The notes under the pieces were generated by a model that saw nothing but the letters and a program-made list of their open reading frames with translations, did no database searches and was not told the origin of the DNA. Of a stretch of DNA of 64,000 nucleotides, positions 38,462 through 49,139 are shown one piece after another (position 1 is the stretch's first letter; each line of letters begins with the position of its first letter). A program made the position numbers and the translations under genes. Source of the DNA: Alphaproteobacteria bacterium (GTDB lineage: Bacteria; Pseudomonadota; Alphaproteobacteria; GCA-2746255); the NCBI GenBank assembly GCA_965249135.1, contig OZ252220.1:1056001-1120000 (forward strand), in the 5' to 3' direction.

Positions 38462-41139
38462 GATTCTTTGAGGGCGGCGTGGGCGGCAGCCAGCCTTGCG
38501 ATCGGCACCCGGTAGGGCGAGCAGGAAACGTAGTCGAGGCCGATCGCCTCGCAAAACGCGATCGAGGCCGGGTCGCCCCCATGTTCGCCGCAGATGCCTA
38601 AGTGAAGATCGCCGCGCGCGGCCCGGCCCCGCTCGGCGGCCATGCGCATCAACTCGCCGACGCCGTCGATATCGAGGGTTGCGAACGGATCCTTGGCGAA
38701 GAGTTCCTTCTCCAGATAGGTCTTCAGAAACCCGCCGACGTCGTCGCGTGAGATGCCGAAGGTCGTCTGGGTGAGGTCGTTCGTGCCGAAGCTGAAGAAT
38801 TCGGCCGACTTTGCGATCTCGCCGGCCCTTAAAGCCGCCCGCGGCAGCTCGATCATCGTGCCAACCCGATAGGCGGGCTTCTCCCCCTTCGTCACGGCGA
38901 TCTCGTGCGCGATGCGGTCGACGGTTTCCTTCAGGAAGTCGAACTCTTCGCGGGAGGCTACCAGCGGGATCATGATTTCCGGCACGACGGTTTCGCCGGT
39001 TTCCTCGGCGAGCACGATCACCGCCTCGAAGATCGCCCGGGCCTGCATCTCGTAGATCTCCGGGTAGGCGATGCCCAACCGGCAGCCGCGATGGCCGAGC
39101 ATCGGGTTTATTTCATGAAGTTGTTCGGCCCTAGCCCGGACGTCGTCGCCGTCCACGCCCAGATGTTGAGCCAGCTCACTCATCTCGGCGTCGGTCTTGG
39201 GGAGGAACTCGTGAAGCGGCGGGTCGAGAAGACGAATGGTTACCGGGAAGCCCGCCATGACCCGGAAAATCTCGACGAAGTCGTTCCGCTGCATGGGCAG
39301 GATCTTCGCCAGTGCTGCGCGGCGCGCCGTGCTCGTCTCGGCAAGGATCATCTCGCGCATGGCGAGAATGCGCGTGCCATCGAAGAACATGTGCTCGGTC
39401 CGGCAAAGGCCGATCCCTTCCGCGCCGAACCGGCGGGCGACGATGGCGTCGGCCGGCGTGTCCGCGTTGGCGCGCACGCCGAGCCGGCGTACCCGGTCCG
39501 CCCAATCCATGACGATGGCGAAATCGCCGGAAAGTTCGGGTTGCAGCATGGGGATCGCGCCTGCCAGCACGTGTCCCTTCGCCCCATCGATGGTGAGGAT
39601 ATCGCCGCGCTTAAAGACGCGATCGCCAATCCGCATTTCGCCGGCCTCCTCGATGATGCGGATGTCGCCGGCGCCGGAAACGCAAGGCCGTCCCATGCCG
39701 CGGGCGACGACGGCGGCATGGCTGGTGAGCCCGCCGCGGGTCGTCAGAATGCCGGCGGCGACGTGCATGCCGTGGATGTCCTCCGGGCTGGTCTCGGTGC
39801 GCACCAGGATGACCGACTTGTCGCGGGCCGCTTCAAACTCGGCCTCGGCGGCCGTGAAGGCGATCTGGCCGACCGCAGCACCCGGCGAGGCAGGCAGGCC
39901 GGTGGCCACCACCACCTGTTCGGCGTTCGGGTCCAGCGTCGGATGCAAAAGCTGATCGAGAGCGGCCGGATCGACCCTTCGGATCGCCTCTTGGTGGGTG
40001 ATCAGCCCCTCCTCCGTCATGTCGACGGCGATCTTCAACGCGGCCGGCATCGTCCGCTTGCCGGTGCGGGTCTGCAGCATCCAGAGCTTCCTCTTCTGCA
40101 CCGTGAATTCGATGTCCTGCATGTCGCGGAAGTGGGATTCAAGCCGGGTGCGGATGGTGCAGAGTTCCGCATAAACGTCGGGAAGCGTTGTCTCCAGCGA
40201 CGGCAACGTGGCGCCGGTCTGCGAGGCTGCGCGTTCCGTAAGCGGTTGCGGCGTGCGGATGCCGGCCACGACGTCCTCGCCCTGGGCGTTCAAGAGAAAC
40301 TCGCCGTAAAAGTCCTTCGCACCGGTCGCCGGATTGCGGGTAAAGGCGACCCCGGTCGCACAATCCTCGCCCATGTTGCCGAACACCATCGCTTGGACGT
40401 TGATCGCCGTGCCGGAGCCTTCCGGAATGTCGTGAATGTGGCGGTAGGTGATGGCGCGCTTGTTCATCCAACTGTCGAAGACGGCGCCGATGGCCCCCCA
40501 AAGCTGGGCCTTGGGGTCTTGGGGAAAGGGAGCGCCGTGTTCGGTGACGATGCGTTCCTTGAAGCTGCGGGCGACGGTCTCCCAATCCTCAGGCCCAAGC
40601 TCCGTATCGAGGGTGAGCTCGCGCTCTTCCTTATAGAGTTCGAGAATTTCCTCGAACCGATAATGGGGCACGCCCAGCACGACATCCCCATACATCTGGA
40701 GGAAACGCCGGTAGCTGTCCCAGGCGAAGCGGCGATCGCCGCTAAGGCGTGCCAGCCGCTCGACGGTTTCGTCATTGAGTCCGATGTTCAGAACCGTGTC
40801 CATCATGCCGGGCATTGAGGCGCTGGCACCGGAGCGGACGGAAAGAAGCAGCGGTTTTTTCCGGTTGCCGAATTTCGCGCGAGCGATCTTCTCGACACGG
40901 GTGAGCGCCTTTTCCACTTCCTTGGCAAGCGTTTCGGGATAGGCGTGCTCGTTCGCGTAGTAGTGGACGCAAACCTCCGTCGAGATCGTGAAGCCGGGCG
41001 GAACGGGAAGGCCCAGATTGCTCATCTCGGCGAGGTTCGCCCCCTTGCCGCCGAGCAGATCCTTGAGGTCGGCATTCCCGTCGGCACGCCCGCCGCCGAA
41101 GCCGTAGACCCATCGCGCCTTCGATTGCCTTAGCCTCAT
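38458..41139 (-). CDS. ppdK: pyruvate, phosphate dikinase
   Basis: [38 protein letters not shown]. Confidence 0.97.
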   Translation of the reverse strand: MRLRQSKARWVYGFGGGRADGNADLKDLLGGKGANLAEMSNLGLPVPPGFTISTEVCVHYYANEHAYPETLAKEVEKALTRVEKIARAKFGNRKKPLLLSVRSGASASMPGMMDTVLNIGLNDETVERLARLSGDRRFAWDSYRRFLQMYGDVVLGVPHYRFEEILELYKEERELTLDTELGPEDWETVARSFKERIVTEHGAPFPQDPKAQLWGAIGAVFDSWMNKRAITYRHIHDIPEGSGTAINVQAMVFGNMGEDCATGVAFTRNPATGAKDFYGEFLLNAQGEDVVAGIRTPQPLTERAASQTGATLPSLETTLPDVYAELCTIRTRLESHFRDMQDIEFTVQKRKLWMLQTRTGKRTMPAALKIAVDMTEEGLITHQEAIRRVDPAALDQLLHPTLDPNAEQVVVATGLPASPGAAVGQIAFTAAEAEFEAARDKSVILVRTETSPEDIHGMHVAAGILTTRGGLTSHAAVVARGMGRPCVSGAGDIRIIEEAGEMRIGDRVFKRGDILTIDGAKGHVLAGAIPMLQPELSGDFAIVMDWADRVRRLGVRANADTPADAIVARRFGAEGIGLCRTEHMFFDGTRILAMREMILAETSTARRAALAKILPMQRNDFVEIFRVMAGFPVTIRLLDPPLHEFLPKTDAEMSELAQHLGVDGDDVRARAEQLHEINPMLGHRGCRLGIAYPEIYEMQARAIFEAVIVLAEETGETVVPEIMIPLVASREEFDFLKETVDRIAHEIAVTKGEKPAYRVGTMIELPRAALRAGEIAKSAEFFSFGTNDLTQTTFGISRDDVGGFLKTYLEKELFAKDPFATLDIDGVGELMRMAAERGRAARGDLHLGICGEHGGDPASIAFCEAIGLDYVSCSPYRVPIARLAAAHAALKES

Positions 41140-43217
41140 CCCTCGATCTTCGAAAAGTCGGCGACGGTTTCCAGCGTGCGCCGGATGTCGGCAAGCAGGT
41201 GAAGGCGGTTTAAGCGCAAATCCTTGTCCTCGGTGTTGACGGTCACGTGATCGAAGAAGGCGTCGACCGGCACCCGGAGGCGGGCGAGCGCCGACATGGC
41301 CACCGTGAATTCCTCGTTTTTGAGCGCCGCATCGGCAAGCGTTCGCACCTCCTTGAGGCGCGTCTGAAGCGCCTGCTCCTCCGCCTCGCGCAGGGCTGCT
41401 TCCGTCACGGCGCCGTCATAGGTGGTGGCGTCGTTCTTCTCTTCGATACGAACGATGTTGCGGGCGCGCCGGTAGGCGACGAGCAGGTTCGCACCGTCCT
41501 CGCTTTCCAGAAAGTCGCGCAATGCTTCGACCCGTTCCAGCAGGCGCACGAGGTCGTCGTCTGCCGTCAACGCAAAGACGGCGCCGATGTGATCGTGCCG
41601 CACCCCTTTCTCGCGCAGGTGCACCTTCAGACGATCGGCGAAGAAGTCGAGAAGTTCGTTTGCGATCCGCTCGTCCGCGCGCTCGCCGAGCCCGCCCTTC
41701 ACGTCTTCCGGCTGCAGCCGGGCGGCCGTGCGGAAGATGGAACGCAAGGGAAGGCGCAACCCATTTTCCAGGATCAGGCGAATGACGCCGAGCGCGGCGC
41801 GGCGAAGCGCGAAGGGATCCTTCGAGCCGGTCGGCCTTTCTTCGATGGCGAAGAAACCGACGAGCTGGTCGATCTTGTCGGCCAGCGCCAGCGCCACGCT
41901 CACCGGCCCAGTCGGGCAGACGTCGTTTGGACCCTGGGGCGCGTAGTGCTCGGCGATCGCGTCCGCCACTTCCGGCGGCTCACCGCCGGCCAGCGCATAG
42001 TAGCGACCCATCACACCCTGCAGTTCGGGAAACTCGTGCACCATGTCGGAAAGGAGATCGCATTTCGCCAATTGGCCGGCGCGACGGGCAAGCCCCGCCG
42101 AAGCCCCTATTTGCAGGGCCAAGTGATCCGCCAGCTCCTGCAGACGAAAGGCGCGATCCGCCAGCGAGCCGAGACCCGCATGGAAGATCATCGCGTGAAG
42201 ACCGGGGAACCAGTCGACGAGCTTCGCCCGGCGGTCCTGATCCCAGAAGAACTTCGCATCCGCGAGACGGGCGCGAAGGACGCGTTCGTTCCCGGCGATG
42301 ATTTCCTTGCCCCCATCCGACGTCTGCATGTTCGAAACCACGATGAAGCGCGGCGCGAGCTTGCCGTCCCTGTCGATCAGGGAGAAGTATTTCTGATGCG
42401 TCCGCATCGCCGTCGTCAGCACCTCAGGTGGCAGCTCCATGAATTTCGGATCGATGTCGCCGAGCAGGACGACCGGCCATTCGACGAGGCCGGCGACTTC
42501 CTCGAGTAGGCCGCCGGCCTCGCTTAAGCGAAGGCCTTCGTTCTTGGCAATGAGCGTCGCATCGGCGGCAATCGCCTCGCGGCGCTCTTCCCTGTCCAGC
42601 ATGACGTAGGCGCCGCGCAGGCGCTCGCGGTAGTCGCCAAAGCCCTTCACCTTGAAGGGCTTGGGGGCCAGGAAGCGATGGCCCGCCGTCCGGTCGGAAG
42701 CCTGGACCGCGCCGAACGCGACCGGCACGACCTTGCCGTCGAACAGGCAGAGGATACTGTGCAGGGGGCGTACCCAGCGCAGTTTGCCCGCACCCCAGCG
42801 CATTGATTTGGGCCACGGAAACTGGGGGAAGACCTCGGGCAAAAGGGATGCCAGCAGCTTGGCCGTCGGCTGGCCCTTCCGTTCGACCTTCGCAAAATAG
42901 AATTCGCCCTTTTCCGTCTCGCGACGCTCGCAGGCATCAAGGGAAAGGCTGAGATCCGCCAGGAATCCCTCGATCGCGGTCTGGGGTGCGTCCACCCGGG
43001 GGCCTTTGCGTTCTTCAACGACGTCCGCCTGGGTCTTTGGCAAACCTTCGACGACGAGCGCAAGGCGCCTCGGCGTCGCGTAGGCTTGGAGATGGTCGAA
43101 GGGAAGCTGGGCCGCCTTCAGTTTCTCGAACACGATGCGTTCAAGATCACCCATCGCGCGCGCCTGCATGCGGGCCGGGATTTCTTCCGATAAGAGCTCG
43201 AGCAGGAGTTCCGCCAT
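41136..43217 (-). CDS. glyS: glycine-tRNA ligase beta subunit
   Basis: [34 protein letters not shown]. Confidence 0.96.
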   Translation of the reverse strand: MAELLLELLSEEIPARMQARAMGDLERIVFEKLKAAQLPFDHLQAYATPRRLALVVEGLPKTQADVVEERKGPRVDAPQTAIEGFLADLSLSLDACERRETEKGEFYFAKVERKGQPTAKLLASLLPEVFPQFPWPKSMRWGAGKLRWVRPLHSILCLFDGKVVPVAFGAVQASDRTAGHRFLAPKPFKVKGFGDYRERLRGAYVMLDREERREAIAADATLIAKNEGLRLSEAGGLLEEVAGLVEWPVVLLGDIDPKFMELPPEVLTTAMRTHQKYFSLIDRDGKLAPRFIVVSNMQTSDGGKEIIAGNERVLRARLADAKFFWDQDRRAKLVDWFPGLHAMIFHAGLGSLADRAFRLQELADHLALQIGASAGLARRAGQLAKCDLLSDMVHEFPELQGVMGRYYALAGGEPPEVADAIAEHYAPQGPNDVCPTGPVSVALALADKIDQLVGFFAIEERPTGSKDPFALRRAALGVIRLILENGLRLPLRSIFRTAARLQPEDVKGGLGERADERIANELLDFFADRLKVHLREKGVRHDHIGAVFALTADDDLVRLLERVEALRDFLESEDGANLLVAYRRARNIVRIEEKNDATTYDGAVTEAALREAEEQALQTRLKEVRTLADAALKNEEFTVAMSALARLRVPVDAFFDHVTVNTEDKDLRLNRLHLLADIRRTLETVADFSKIEG

Positions 43218-43219
43218 CG

Positions 43220-44098
43220 TCAGCCGCCGCCCGTCTCGCTTGCCAGCCACGCCTCGCAGCACCCCTTGGCAAGCGCACGCACGCGGGCGATATAGGCGGC
43301 GCGCTCCGTCACGCTGACGACGCCGCGCGCATCCAGCAGGTTGAAGAGGTGGCTTGCCTTGATGCACTGGTCATAGGCCGGAAGCGCGAGATGCTTCTTC
43401 AACAGGTCCTCGCATTCGGCTTCGACATCGGCGAACTGCCGCAACAGGCGTTCCGTATTCGCATGCTCGAAGTTGTAAGCCGAATATTCGCGTTCGCTCG
43501 TAAGAAAGACGTCGCCATAGGTGACGCCTTCCTCGCCGGACTTTCCGTTCCAGTCGAGGTCGAAGACGTTCTCGACTTCTTGTACGTACATGGCGAGCCG
43601 CTCGATGCCATAGGTGAGTTCCGCCGACACCGGATCGCATTCGATGCCGCCCAGCTGCTGGAAATAGGTGAACTGGGTTATCTCCATGCCGTCGCACCAC
43701 ACCTCCCAGCCGAGCCCCCAGGCGCCGAGCGTCGGGCTTTCCCAGTCGTCCTCCACGAAGCGAATGTCGTGGAGCATCGGGTCGATGCCCAGATGCTTGA
43801 GGCTACGCAGGTAGACGTCCTGTACGTCGTCGGGCGAGGGTTTTAGGATGACCTGGAACTGGTAGTAGTGCTGCAGGCGATTCGGGTTCTCGCCATAGCG
43901 CCCGTCCTTGGGCCGGCGGGAGGGCTGGACGTAAGCGGCGCGCCATGGCTTCGGCCCAAGCGCGCGCAGCGTCGTCGCCGGGTGAAAGGTGCCCGCGCCG
44001 ACCTCCATGTCGTAGGGCTGGAGCAGCACGCAGCCCTCGTCGGCCCAGAAGGTCTGGAGCCTTAGGATAAGGTCCTGAAAGGAGGGAGGGTTCACCAT
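43220..44098 (-). CDS. glyQ: glycine-tRNA ligase alpha subunit
   Basis: [37 protein letters not shown]. Confidence 0.97.
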   Translation of the reverse strand: MVNPPSFQDLILRLQTFWADEGCVLLQPYDMEVGAGTFHPATTLRALGPKPWRAAYVQPSRRPKDGRYGENPNRLQHYYQFQVILKPSPDDVQDVYLRSLKHLGIDPMLHDIRFVEDDWESPTLGAWGLGWEVWCDGMEITQFTYFQQLGGIECDPVSAELTYGIERLAMYVQEVENVFDLDWNGKSGEEGVTYGDVFLTSEREYSAYNFEHANTERLLRQFADVEAECEDLLKKHLALPAYDQCIKASHLFNLLDARGVVSVTERAAYIARVRALAKGCCEAWLASETGGG

Positions 44099-44101
44099 CG
44101 C

Positions 44102-44311
44102 TTACCTATAGGGGCAGTCTTCACGCTCGCAGGCCTTGTCGGGGACTGTGCGATAGACGCCGCAGACCGGGCATTCCTTCATATCCAGCGCGTCCGGGCC
44201 CGACTTCGAGTCTCCCCTGCCGAAGAATCCGGTGATCCATTTGTAGCCGTACCAAAGGACCGCGAGGATGACGGCGGCGACGAAAAGCTTAACGAGATTA
44301 AGCGCAAACAT
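44102..44311 (-). CDS. small membrane protein with C-terminal CxxC
   Basis: TM helix then CPVCG..C..DC. Confidence 0.65.
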   Translation of the reverse strand: MFALNLVKLFVAAVILAVLWYGYKWITGFFGRGDSKSGPDALDMKECPVCGVYRTVPDKACEREDCPYR

Positions 44312-44407
44312 GCCGCGTCACGTCTTTCTGTTGCCAAGCCCCTGGCCGTTTCCGAGCCCCTGGTCGCAAACCATACGGGGAGGAAGGCGGGTTGCCAACC
44401 AGCGCGG

Positions 44408-45187
44408 TCACGGCCGGCCGAGGGCAAGTGCGGCGCCCTTGCGAAGCACCGCTTCGAGCTCACGCGTATAGGCCCCCTCGTCATCCTGGAGCAGCAGCGC
44501 GTTGGCGTGGGTCGGCTCGCCTTGCGCCCCTTTGCGGCCCTGAACGAGGACGCGCTTGGCCGGCTTGCCGGCGTTCGCGCGGAGCGGCAAGACCCGGATG
44601 GCGCCCAACTCCCCGGCCAAGAGACCGAGCAGTTCGTCCAGCCGGTCGAAGCGGTGGAGGAAGGTGAGCGTGCCTTCCGGCTTTACCATGCAAACGGCGA
44701 AACGGACCCAGTCGGAAAGCCGCGCCACGTCTTCCACATGGGCCAAGCGCCTTCCTGGATGGGCAGGCCGGCTTCCCTTTGCCGCATCAAAATGGGGCGG
44801 GTTCGCCATCACATGATCGTAAGCGCACTCGCGAAAGCTCAAAGGCGGGTCGAGCAGGTCGCCAAGCCGGATGCGAAGGCGTAGCTCAAATCCGTTTTGG
44901 CGAACGTTCCGCTGGGCAAGCGCGAGCAAGGACGCCTGCAGCTCGATGCCGTCGATGCGCACGTGAGGAAGCCGGCTTGCCAGGCAAAGCGCCGCCGCCC
45001 CGCTGCCGGCACCGACGTCGAGCACGCGCTCGCCCGCTTTCGCGGGCACCGCGGCGGCAAGCAGCACCGGATCGATCGCCACCCGATAGCCGCATTCGGG
45101 TTGCGTCAACTTCACACGCCCGTCGAGCAGCGTGTCTTCTGTCAATGCGGGCGTCAACGCAGGCGTCAACGGATTTTTGTTTTCCAT
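44408..45187 (-). CDS. tRNA1(Val) A37 N6-methyltransferase family
   Basis: GYRVAIDPVLLAA, VLDVGAGSG, NPPH. Confidence 0.85.
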   Translation of the reverse strand: MENKNPLTPALTPALTEDTLLDGRVKLTQPECGYRVAIDPVLLAAAVPAKAGERVLDVGAGSGAAALCLASRLPHVRIDGIELQASLLALAQRNVRQNGFELRLRIRLGDLLDPPLSFRECAYDHVMANPPHFDAAKGSRPAHPGRRLAHVEDVARLSDWVRFAVCMVKPEGTLTFLHRFDRLDELLGLLAGELGAIRVLPLRANAGKPAKRVLVQGRKGAQGEPTHANALLLQDDEGAYTRELEAVLRKGAALALGRP

Positions 45188-45188
45188 C

Positions 45189-45395
45189 TCAAGCCCGCTC
45201 CGCTTCTTCCAGAATGCCTTGCGCACGGGGAAAGTCGTCGTCGGCCACCATCACCCGACGCGGGATCGCGTTTGCGCTGCCTTCCAGAATGCTCATATGT
45301 GAATCGAACACGACCGCCTCGATGGCCGCGTCCTTGAACCGTGCCATCAACCACGAAAGCAGCACCGGATCGTTCGTACGCAACAATTCCTTCAT
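45189..45395 (-). CDS. DUF2007 family protein
   Basis: MKELLRTNDPV..D.HMSILEGS..IPRRVMV. Confidence 0.8.
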   Translation of the reverse strand: MKELLRTNDPVLLSWLMARFKDAAIEAVVFDSHMSILEGSANAIPRRVMVADDDFPRAQGILEEAERA

Positions 45396-45479
45396 GACGA
45401 GAAGCGGCTTGACCGGTGTGGAAGGGGACTTCTATGCTCCCCGAAACGGCTAGATGTCAAGCAACGCTAGGGTGTCAGG

Positions 45480-46499
45480 GTGGGAGTCGTTGTAAATCTG
45501 GAAAGCGCCGATCGAAAGACGCGCGCCGCCTTCGATCGGGTCAGCGCCTTGGTCCGAGAGGACCTCGAGGCCGTCAACCGGGTCATCCTCGACAATTTGC
45601 AAAGCCGCGCACCGCTGATCCCGCAGCTTGCCAATCATCTCATCGCGTCGGGCGGCAAGCGCCTGCGCCCGATGCTGACTCTCGCCTCGGCCCGGCTGTG
45701 CGGCTATGCGGGCACGCGCCATGTCGGCCTTGCGGCGAGCGTCGAATTCATCCACACGGCGACGTTGCTCCATGACGACGTCGTCGACGCAAGCGATCTC
45801 AGGCGCGGCGAGGCTTCGGCGAATGCGCTTTGGGGAAATGAATCGAGCGTGCTGGTCGGTGACTTCCTGTTTGCGCGCGCCTTCCGGCTCATGGTGGCGG
45901 ACGGATCCTTGAAGGTGCTCACCATCCTTTCGGACGCAGCCAGCACGATCGCGGAAGGCGAGGTGCTGCAGCTTTCGACGTCGAACGATCCGGAGACCAG
46001 CGAGGCGAGCTATCTGGAGGTCGTGCAGGCGAAGACCGCCGCCCTGTTCGCGGCCGCCTGCGAGGTCGGCGCCGTGCTGGCGGACCGCCCGCAAATCGAG
46101 GAGGAGGCGCTTCGGAGCTATGGCCTCAACTTAGGGACCGCGTTCCAGCTGGTCGACGACGTGCTCGACTATTCCGCCCACGAAAAGACGCTGGGCAAGA
46201 CGATCGGCGACGATTTCCGGGAAGGAAAGATCACGCTGCCCGTCGTGCTGGCCTTCCGCCGCGGGGATGAAGAGGAGCGCCGCTTCTGGTGCCGGACCGT
46301 CGAGGAGCTGAACCAGAGGGAAGGCGACCTTGCACGCGCCATCGAGACGATGGCGGGCCGCGATGCGCTCACCGATACGATCGCGCGCGCGCGCCACTAT
46401 GGATCGGTGGCCCGCGATGCGCTCGGCATCTTCCCGGACGGACCGGAGAAGGAGGCGTTGGCCGACCTCGTCGATTTTTGCATCGAGCGGACCTATTAG
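45480..46499 (+). CDS. ispB: polyprenyl diphosphate synthase
   Basis: GGKRLRP, LLHDDVVD..RRG, FQLVDDVLD. Confidence 0.9.
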   Translation: MGVVVNLESADRKTRAAFDRVSALVREDLEAVNRVILDNLQSRAPLIPQLANHLIASGGKRLRPMLTLASARLCGYAGTRHVGLAASVEFIHTATLLHDDVVDASDLRRGEASANALWGNESSVLVGDFLFARAFRLMVADGSLKVLTILSDAASTIAEGEVLQLSTSNDPETSEASYLEVVQAKTAALFAAACEVGAVLADRPQIEEEALRSYGLNLGTAFQLVDDVLDYSAHEKTLGKTIGDDFREGKITLPVVLAFRRGDEEERRFWCRTVEELNQREGDLARAIETMAGRDALTDTIARARHYGSVARDALGIFPDGPEKEALADLVDFCIERTY

Positions 46500-46547
46500 C
46501 GCGTAAGGTGCGTGCTTTATGCGCCGAGATTGTTTAGGAGGTGTGAA

Positions 46548-47147
46548 ATGCCATTACCCCCCCTGGCTGTTCTGGCTCTGCTAGCAAGAAGGCTCCGCAC
46601 CCTGCGCCGATTGTTCATCCTCCTGATCGGCGGACCCCTTTTCGCCATCGGAGTCATTGCCGCACTCCTGATCTTCCTCGACCAGTTGACGGCGCGGCGG
46701 GCGGAGGCGATCGTCGCCGGCTTGGGTGGCCCCACCCAGCAAGCCACCGTTATCAATGTCGCGACATGGGTGGCGACGGAGTTCGATCAACACCTAGATG
46801 ACGCGCCCTGGTACCGGAAATACGACTTCTTATTGTCGCACCGGATCATGCCGGGGTTTTTGAGGTTGAAGCGCGGCTCTCTCGCATTGCTGTACATGGA
46901 TGGTGCATGCAACAACATGAGCTGGGTTCTGGAACGCCTCTATACCGAGCTTGGGATAGAAGCCATCCAGCACAACTGGATCGGGGCAAGCTCCGCGCAC
47001 TCCGCACTTTCTGTGCGGCTGAATGGCGCTTGGGCCTGGGTCGATCCCTTCTACGGCGTCGCTTTCGCCGAAAGAGGAAAACTCATCTCTTTGTCCCGCT
47101 TACAAGAACTGGTATCCGCGGGCGCCGAGCCTAAGGAGAATACATGA
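46548..47147 (+). CDS. membrane-anchored transglutaminase-like protein
   Basis: AGGAGG RBS; TM helix; GAC...HSAL...WVDP putative C-H-D triad. Confidence 0.6.
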   Translation: MPLPPLAVLALLARRLRTLRRLFILLIGGPLFAIGVIAALLIFLDQLTARRAEAIVAGLGGPTQQATVINVATWVATEFDQHLDDAPWYRKYDFLLSHRIMPGFLRLKRGSLALLYMDGACNNMSWVLERLYTELGIEAIQHNWIGASSAHSALSVRLNGAWAWVDPFYGVAFAERGKLISLSRLQELVSAGAEPKENT

Positions 47148-47635
47148 TCGCCTTGAGCGAGAAACCCGTGTTGCGGGCCTACGATGGAATCGATAGTGTT
47201 TCCCATGGGCGCGACGGTGATCCGGTCCATGCAACCATACTTTTGCCGCTTGAAGGAGGCGCCATAACGGTCGGAAGACTTGACGGTCAATGGACCGACG
47301 TCTTCAAACAGGGGCTGCAAAGGGAACTGACCAGCCATCTACATTATGTCGGCCCGCGGCACAGTCGCTATTTCTTCTTCCGCTTCGCTGTCTTACCTTC
47401 CGCCGCACCACGTGGATTCCGGATTGTCTATCACTTGTTGGACGCGATTGATCCCGACAACCTTCCCGTAAGCAACGTCGAGCCCCGGCTGGATGCGAAC
47501 CGGCTGATTTACGAAACGACCGACCCGAGCCAGGGGATCCGCTTATCCTATAAGGACATGCGATGGACTTTGACCAATCTGTTCCGACGCCGCTCCTGGT
47601 ACAACGTCGACATGGTTGAGTTCGTGCCACTGTGA
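47144..47635 (+). CDS. hypothetical protein (possibly the frameshifted C-terminus of the previous gene)
   Basis: ATGA overlap; 163 aa. Confidence 0.5.
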   Translation: MIALSEKPVLRAYDGIDSVSHGRDGDPVHATILLPLEGGAITVGRLDGQWTDVFKQGLQRELTSHLHYVGPRHSRYFFFRFAVLPSAAPRGFRIVYHLLDAIDPDNLPVSNVEPRLDANRLIYETTDPSQGIRLSYKDMRWTLTNLFRRRSWYNVDMVEFVPL

Positions 47636-47776
47636 TGACGGTTCGGGAGTGGCCGCCGCTTCCATTTCACGGACCCCGATGGGTACGAGCTCGCAGTGTG
47701 GACGAAAGCCTAGAAGCGGGCCGCCTTCGCCGCTTGTCGGACGTCCGACTTTAAGGGTATAAGGCGGCCCTTGGTT

Positions 47777-47853
47777 CGGAGTGTAGCTCAGCCTGGTAGA
47801 GCACCGTCTTCGGGAGGCGGGGGTCGGTGGTTCAAGTCCACTCACTCCGACCA
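47777..47853 (+). tRNA. tRNA-Pro(CGG)
   Basis: CGGAGTG acceptor stem, D arm, CCGTC-TTCGGGA-GGCGG anticodon arm, TTCAAG loop, CCA end. Confidence 0.97.
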
Positions 47854-47936
47854 GTGTTTTCAATGACTTAAATTAAAAAAAACAGTGCGCTGTTGGTTCA
47901 AATGAACCATAGGAGAGAAAAATGGTCCCAATTAAA

Positions 47937-48086
47937 GGGGATTATATACGAAAGTCACATTTTACCGGTAAAGAGGATGGCCGGTGCATCTGCAACAGAA
48001 AAGGTGTCATTTAAGTCACGATTTCGCCACATCTCTGGCAGTTCAGCAATGCCAGCGCCAAAATGTGACTTTCGTATATAATCCCC
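47937..48086. mobile_element. 150-bp IS1595-derived MITE with perfect 27-bp TIRs
   Basis: GGGGATTATATACGAAAGTCACATTTT / AAAATGTGACTTTCGTATATAATCCCC. Confidence 0.9.
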
Positions 48087-48206
48087 AAAAATATAGGGAG
48101 GTTTCATATTGACGAAGGCCTAGATGTGCACAGAATTATGGGGGCACTTGAGAAGGCCGGTGGATGACCCTGAAATTATCTTCGGGGAAGATGTTCGAGT
48201 GCTGTT

Positions 48207-48896
48207 CTATTTAGCAGCGGCCGTTAACGCTACGATAATTCCAATAATCGCTATGCCAGCGCTGACGACGACCGGAACAATCCATCTTATGCTATCTACC
48301 GAGGTAGTGAGCCTAGTAACGTCAGTGGCTAATTCCGCCACGTTACTACTTAAGGAGCGGAGCGTCGTCATCATTTCCGATAATGCCATACCTTCGCTTT
48401 CGGTGATGAACTCGATTTCTTCTGCGCCAAGTTCATCCCTGTCCTGGTAGGGGCCGTTATATGGCTCGCTCGCGGCTTCCTCAAGGCGGTGGAACTCGAC
48501 AGAAATCAGATCATCTTTGTGCGGCAGAGAAACAGGCTTTGGCGTCAAGTTTGTGAGTCCGATTATCAACCGCCCCCGATAGCCGGGGTCGATTTGGGGG
48601 CCAGTGGTCGCGATTAGACCCTTCCGGGCATATTTCGAACGAAGGCCAAATCGAGCGGCGTATTGAGCGCCGAGCTCTATTTTCTCAAAAACCACTACTA
48701 CCGCAAAGTCGCCGGGCGCAAGTTGAACAAACCCATCTTTCTTAATATCAACCCTGCGTTTGGTGCTTGTAGTGGCCCCCTGATCTCCAACCCTTAGATC
48801 GTAAGTTGCAGCCTGGACTTGCCGATCGTCAAACGGCTCAATCTTGATGTCACCATTCTCCACAGCTTCTCTAATCTGACGATCAGTAAGAATCAT
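48207..48896 (-). CDS. dCTP deaminase/dUTPase-fold protein with C-terminal coiled coil and TM helix
   Basis: MILTDRQI, YDLRVG, RSKYARKG, IDPGYRG, YNGPYQ; tail WIVPVVVSAGIAIIGIIVAL; AGGAG RBS. Confidence 0.88.
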   Translation of the reverse strand: MILTDRQIREAVENGDIKIEPFDDRQVQAATYDLRVGDQGATTSTKRRVDIKKDGFVQLAPGDFAVVVVFEKIELGAQYAARFGLRSKYARKGLIATTGPQIDPGYRGRLIIGLTNLTPKPVSLPHKDDLISVEFHRLEEAASEPYNGPYQDRDELGAEEIEFITESEGMALSEMMTTLRSLSSNVAELATDVTRLTTSVDSIRWIVPVVVSAGIAIIGIIVALTAAAK

Positions 48897-48921
48897 TGGC
48901 TTATTCTCCTAGTGCACTATA

Positions 48922-48936
48922 GAACAAAATAAGAAC
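48922..48936 (-). promoter_or_regulatory. alphaproteobacterial LexA (SOS) box
   Basis: GAAC-AAAATAA-GAAC, adjacent to a minus-strand TATAGT (-10-like), 26-40 bp upstream of the Dcd-like start. Confidence 0.7.
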
Positions 48937-49139
48937 AAATACAACCACCCTGAATGCTCTTACTTGTCCTAATTTGAAAGCCGGGCGTCCTATTTAGGAC
49001 AGCACCCTAAGCATCGGCACCTGGATATCGGATACGTAGTATCACGGTGGACGCAGGCCAAGCCAGAGCAGTGTTGGAAAAGCTGAAGCGCGGGGAAAAA
49101 CGCGGGGAAAACCCGCTAAGAGGTTGAAGCGTAAAAAAG

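Noticed and set aside
45136-45170. LTPALTPALT short duplication in the methyltransferase N-terminus
   Set aside because: Short, degenerate and in a variable leader region
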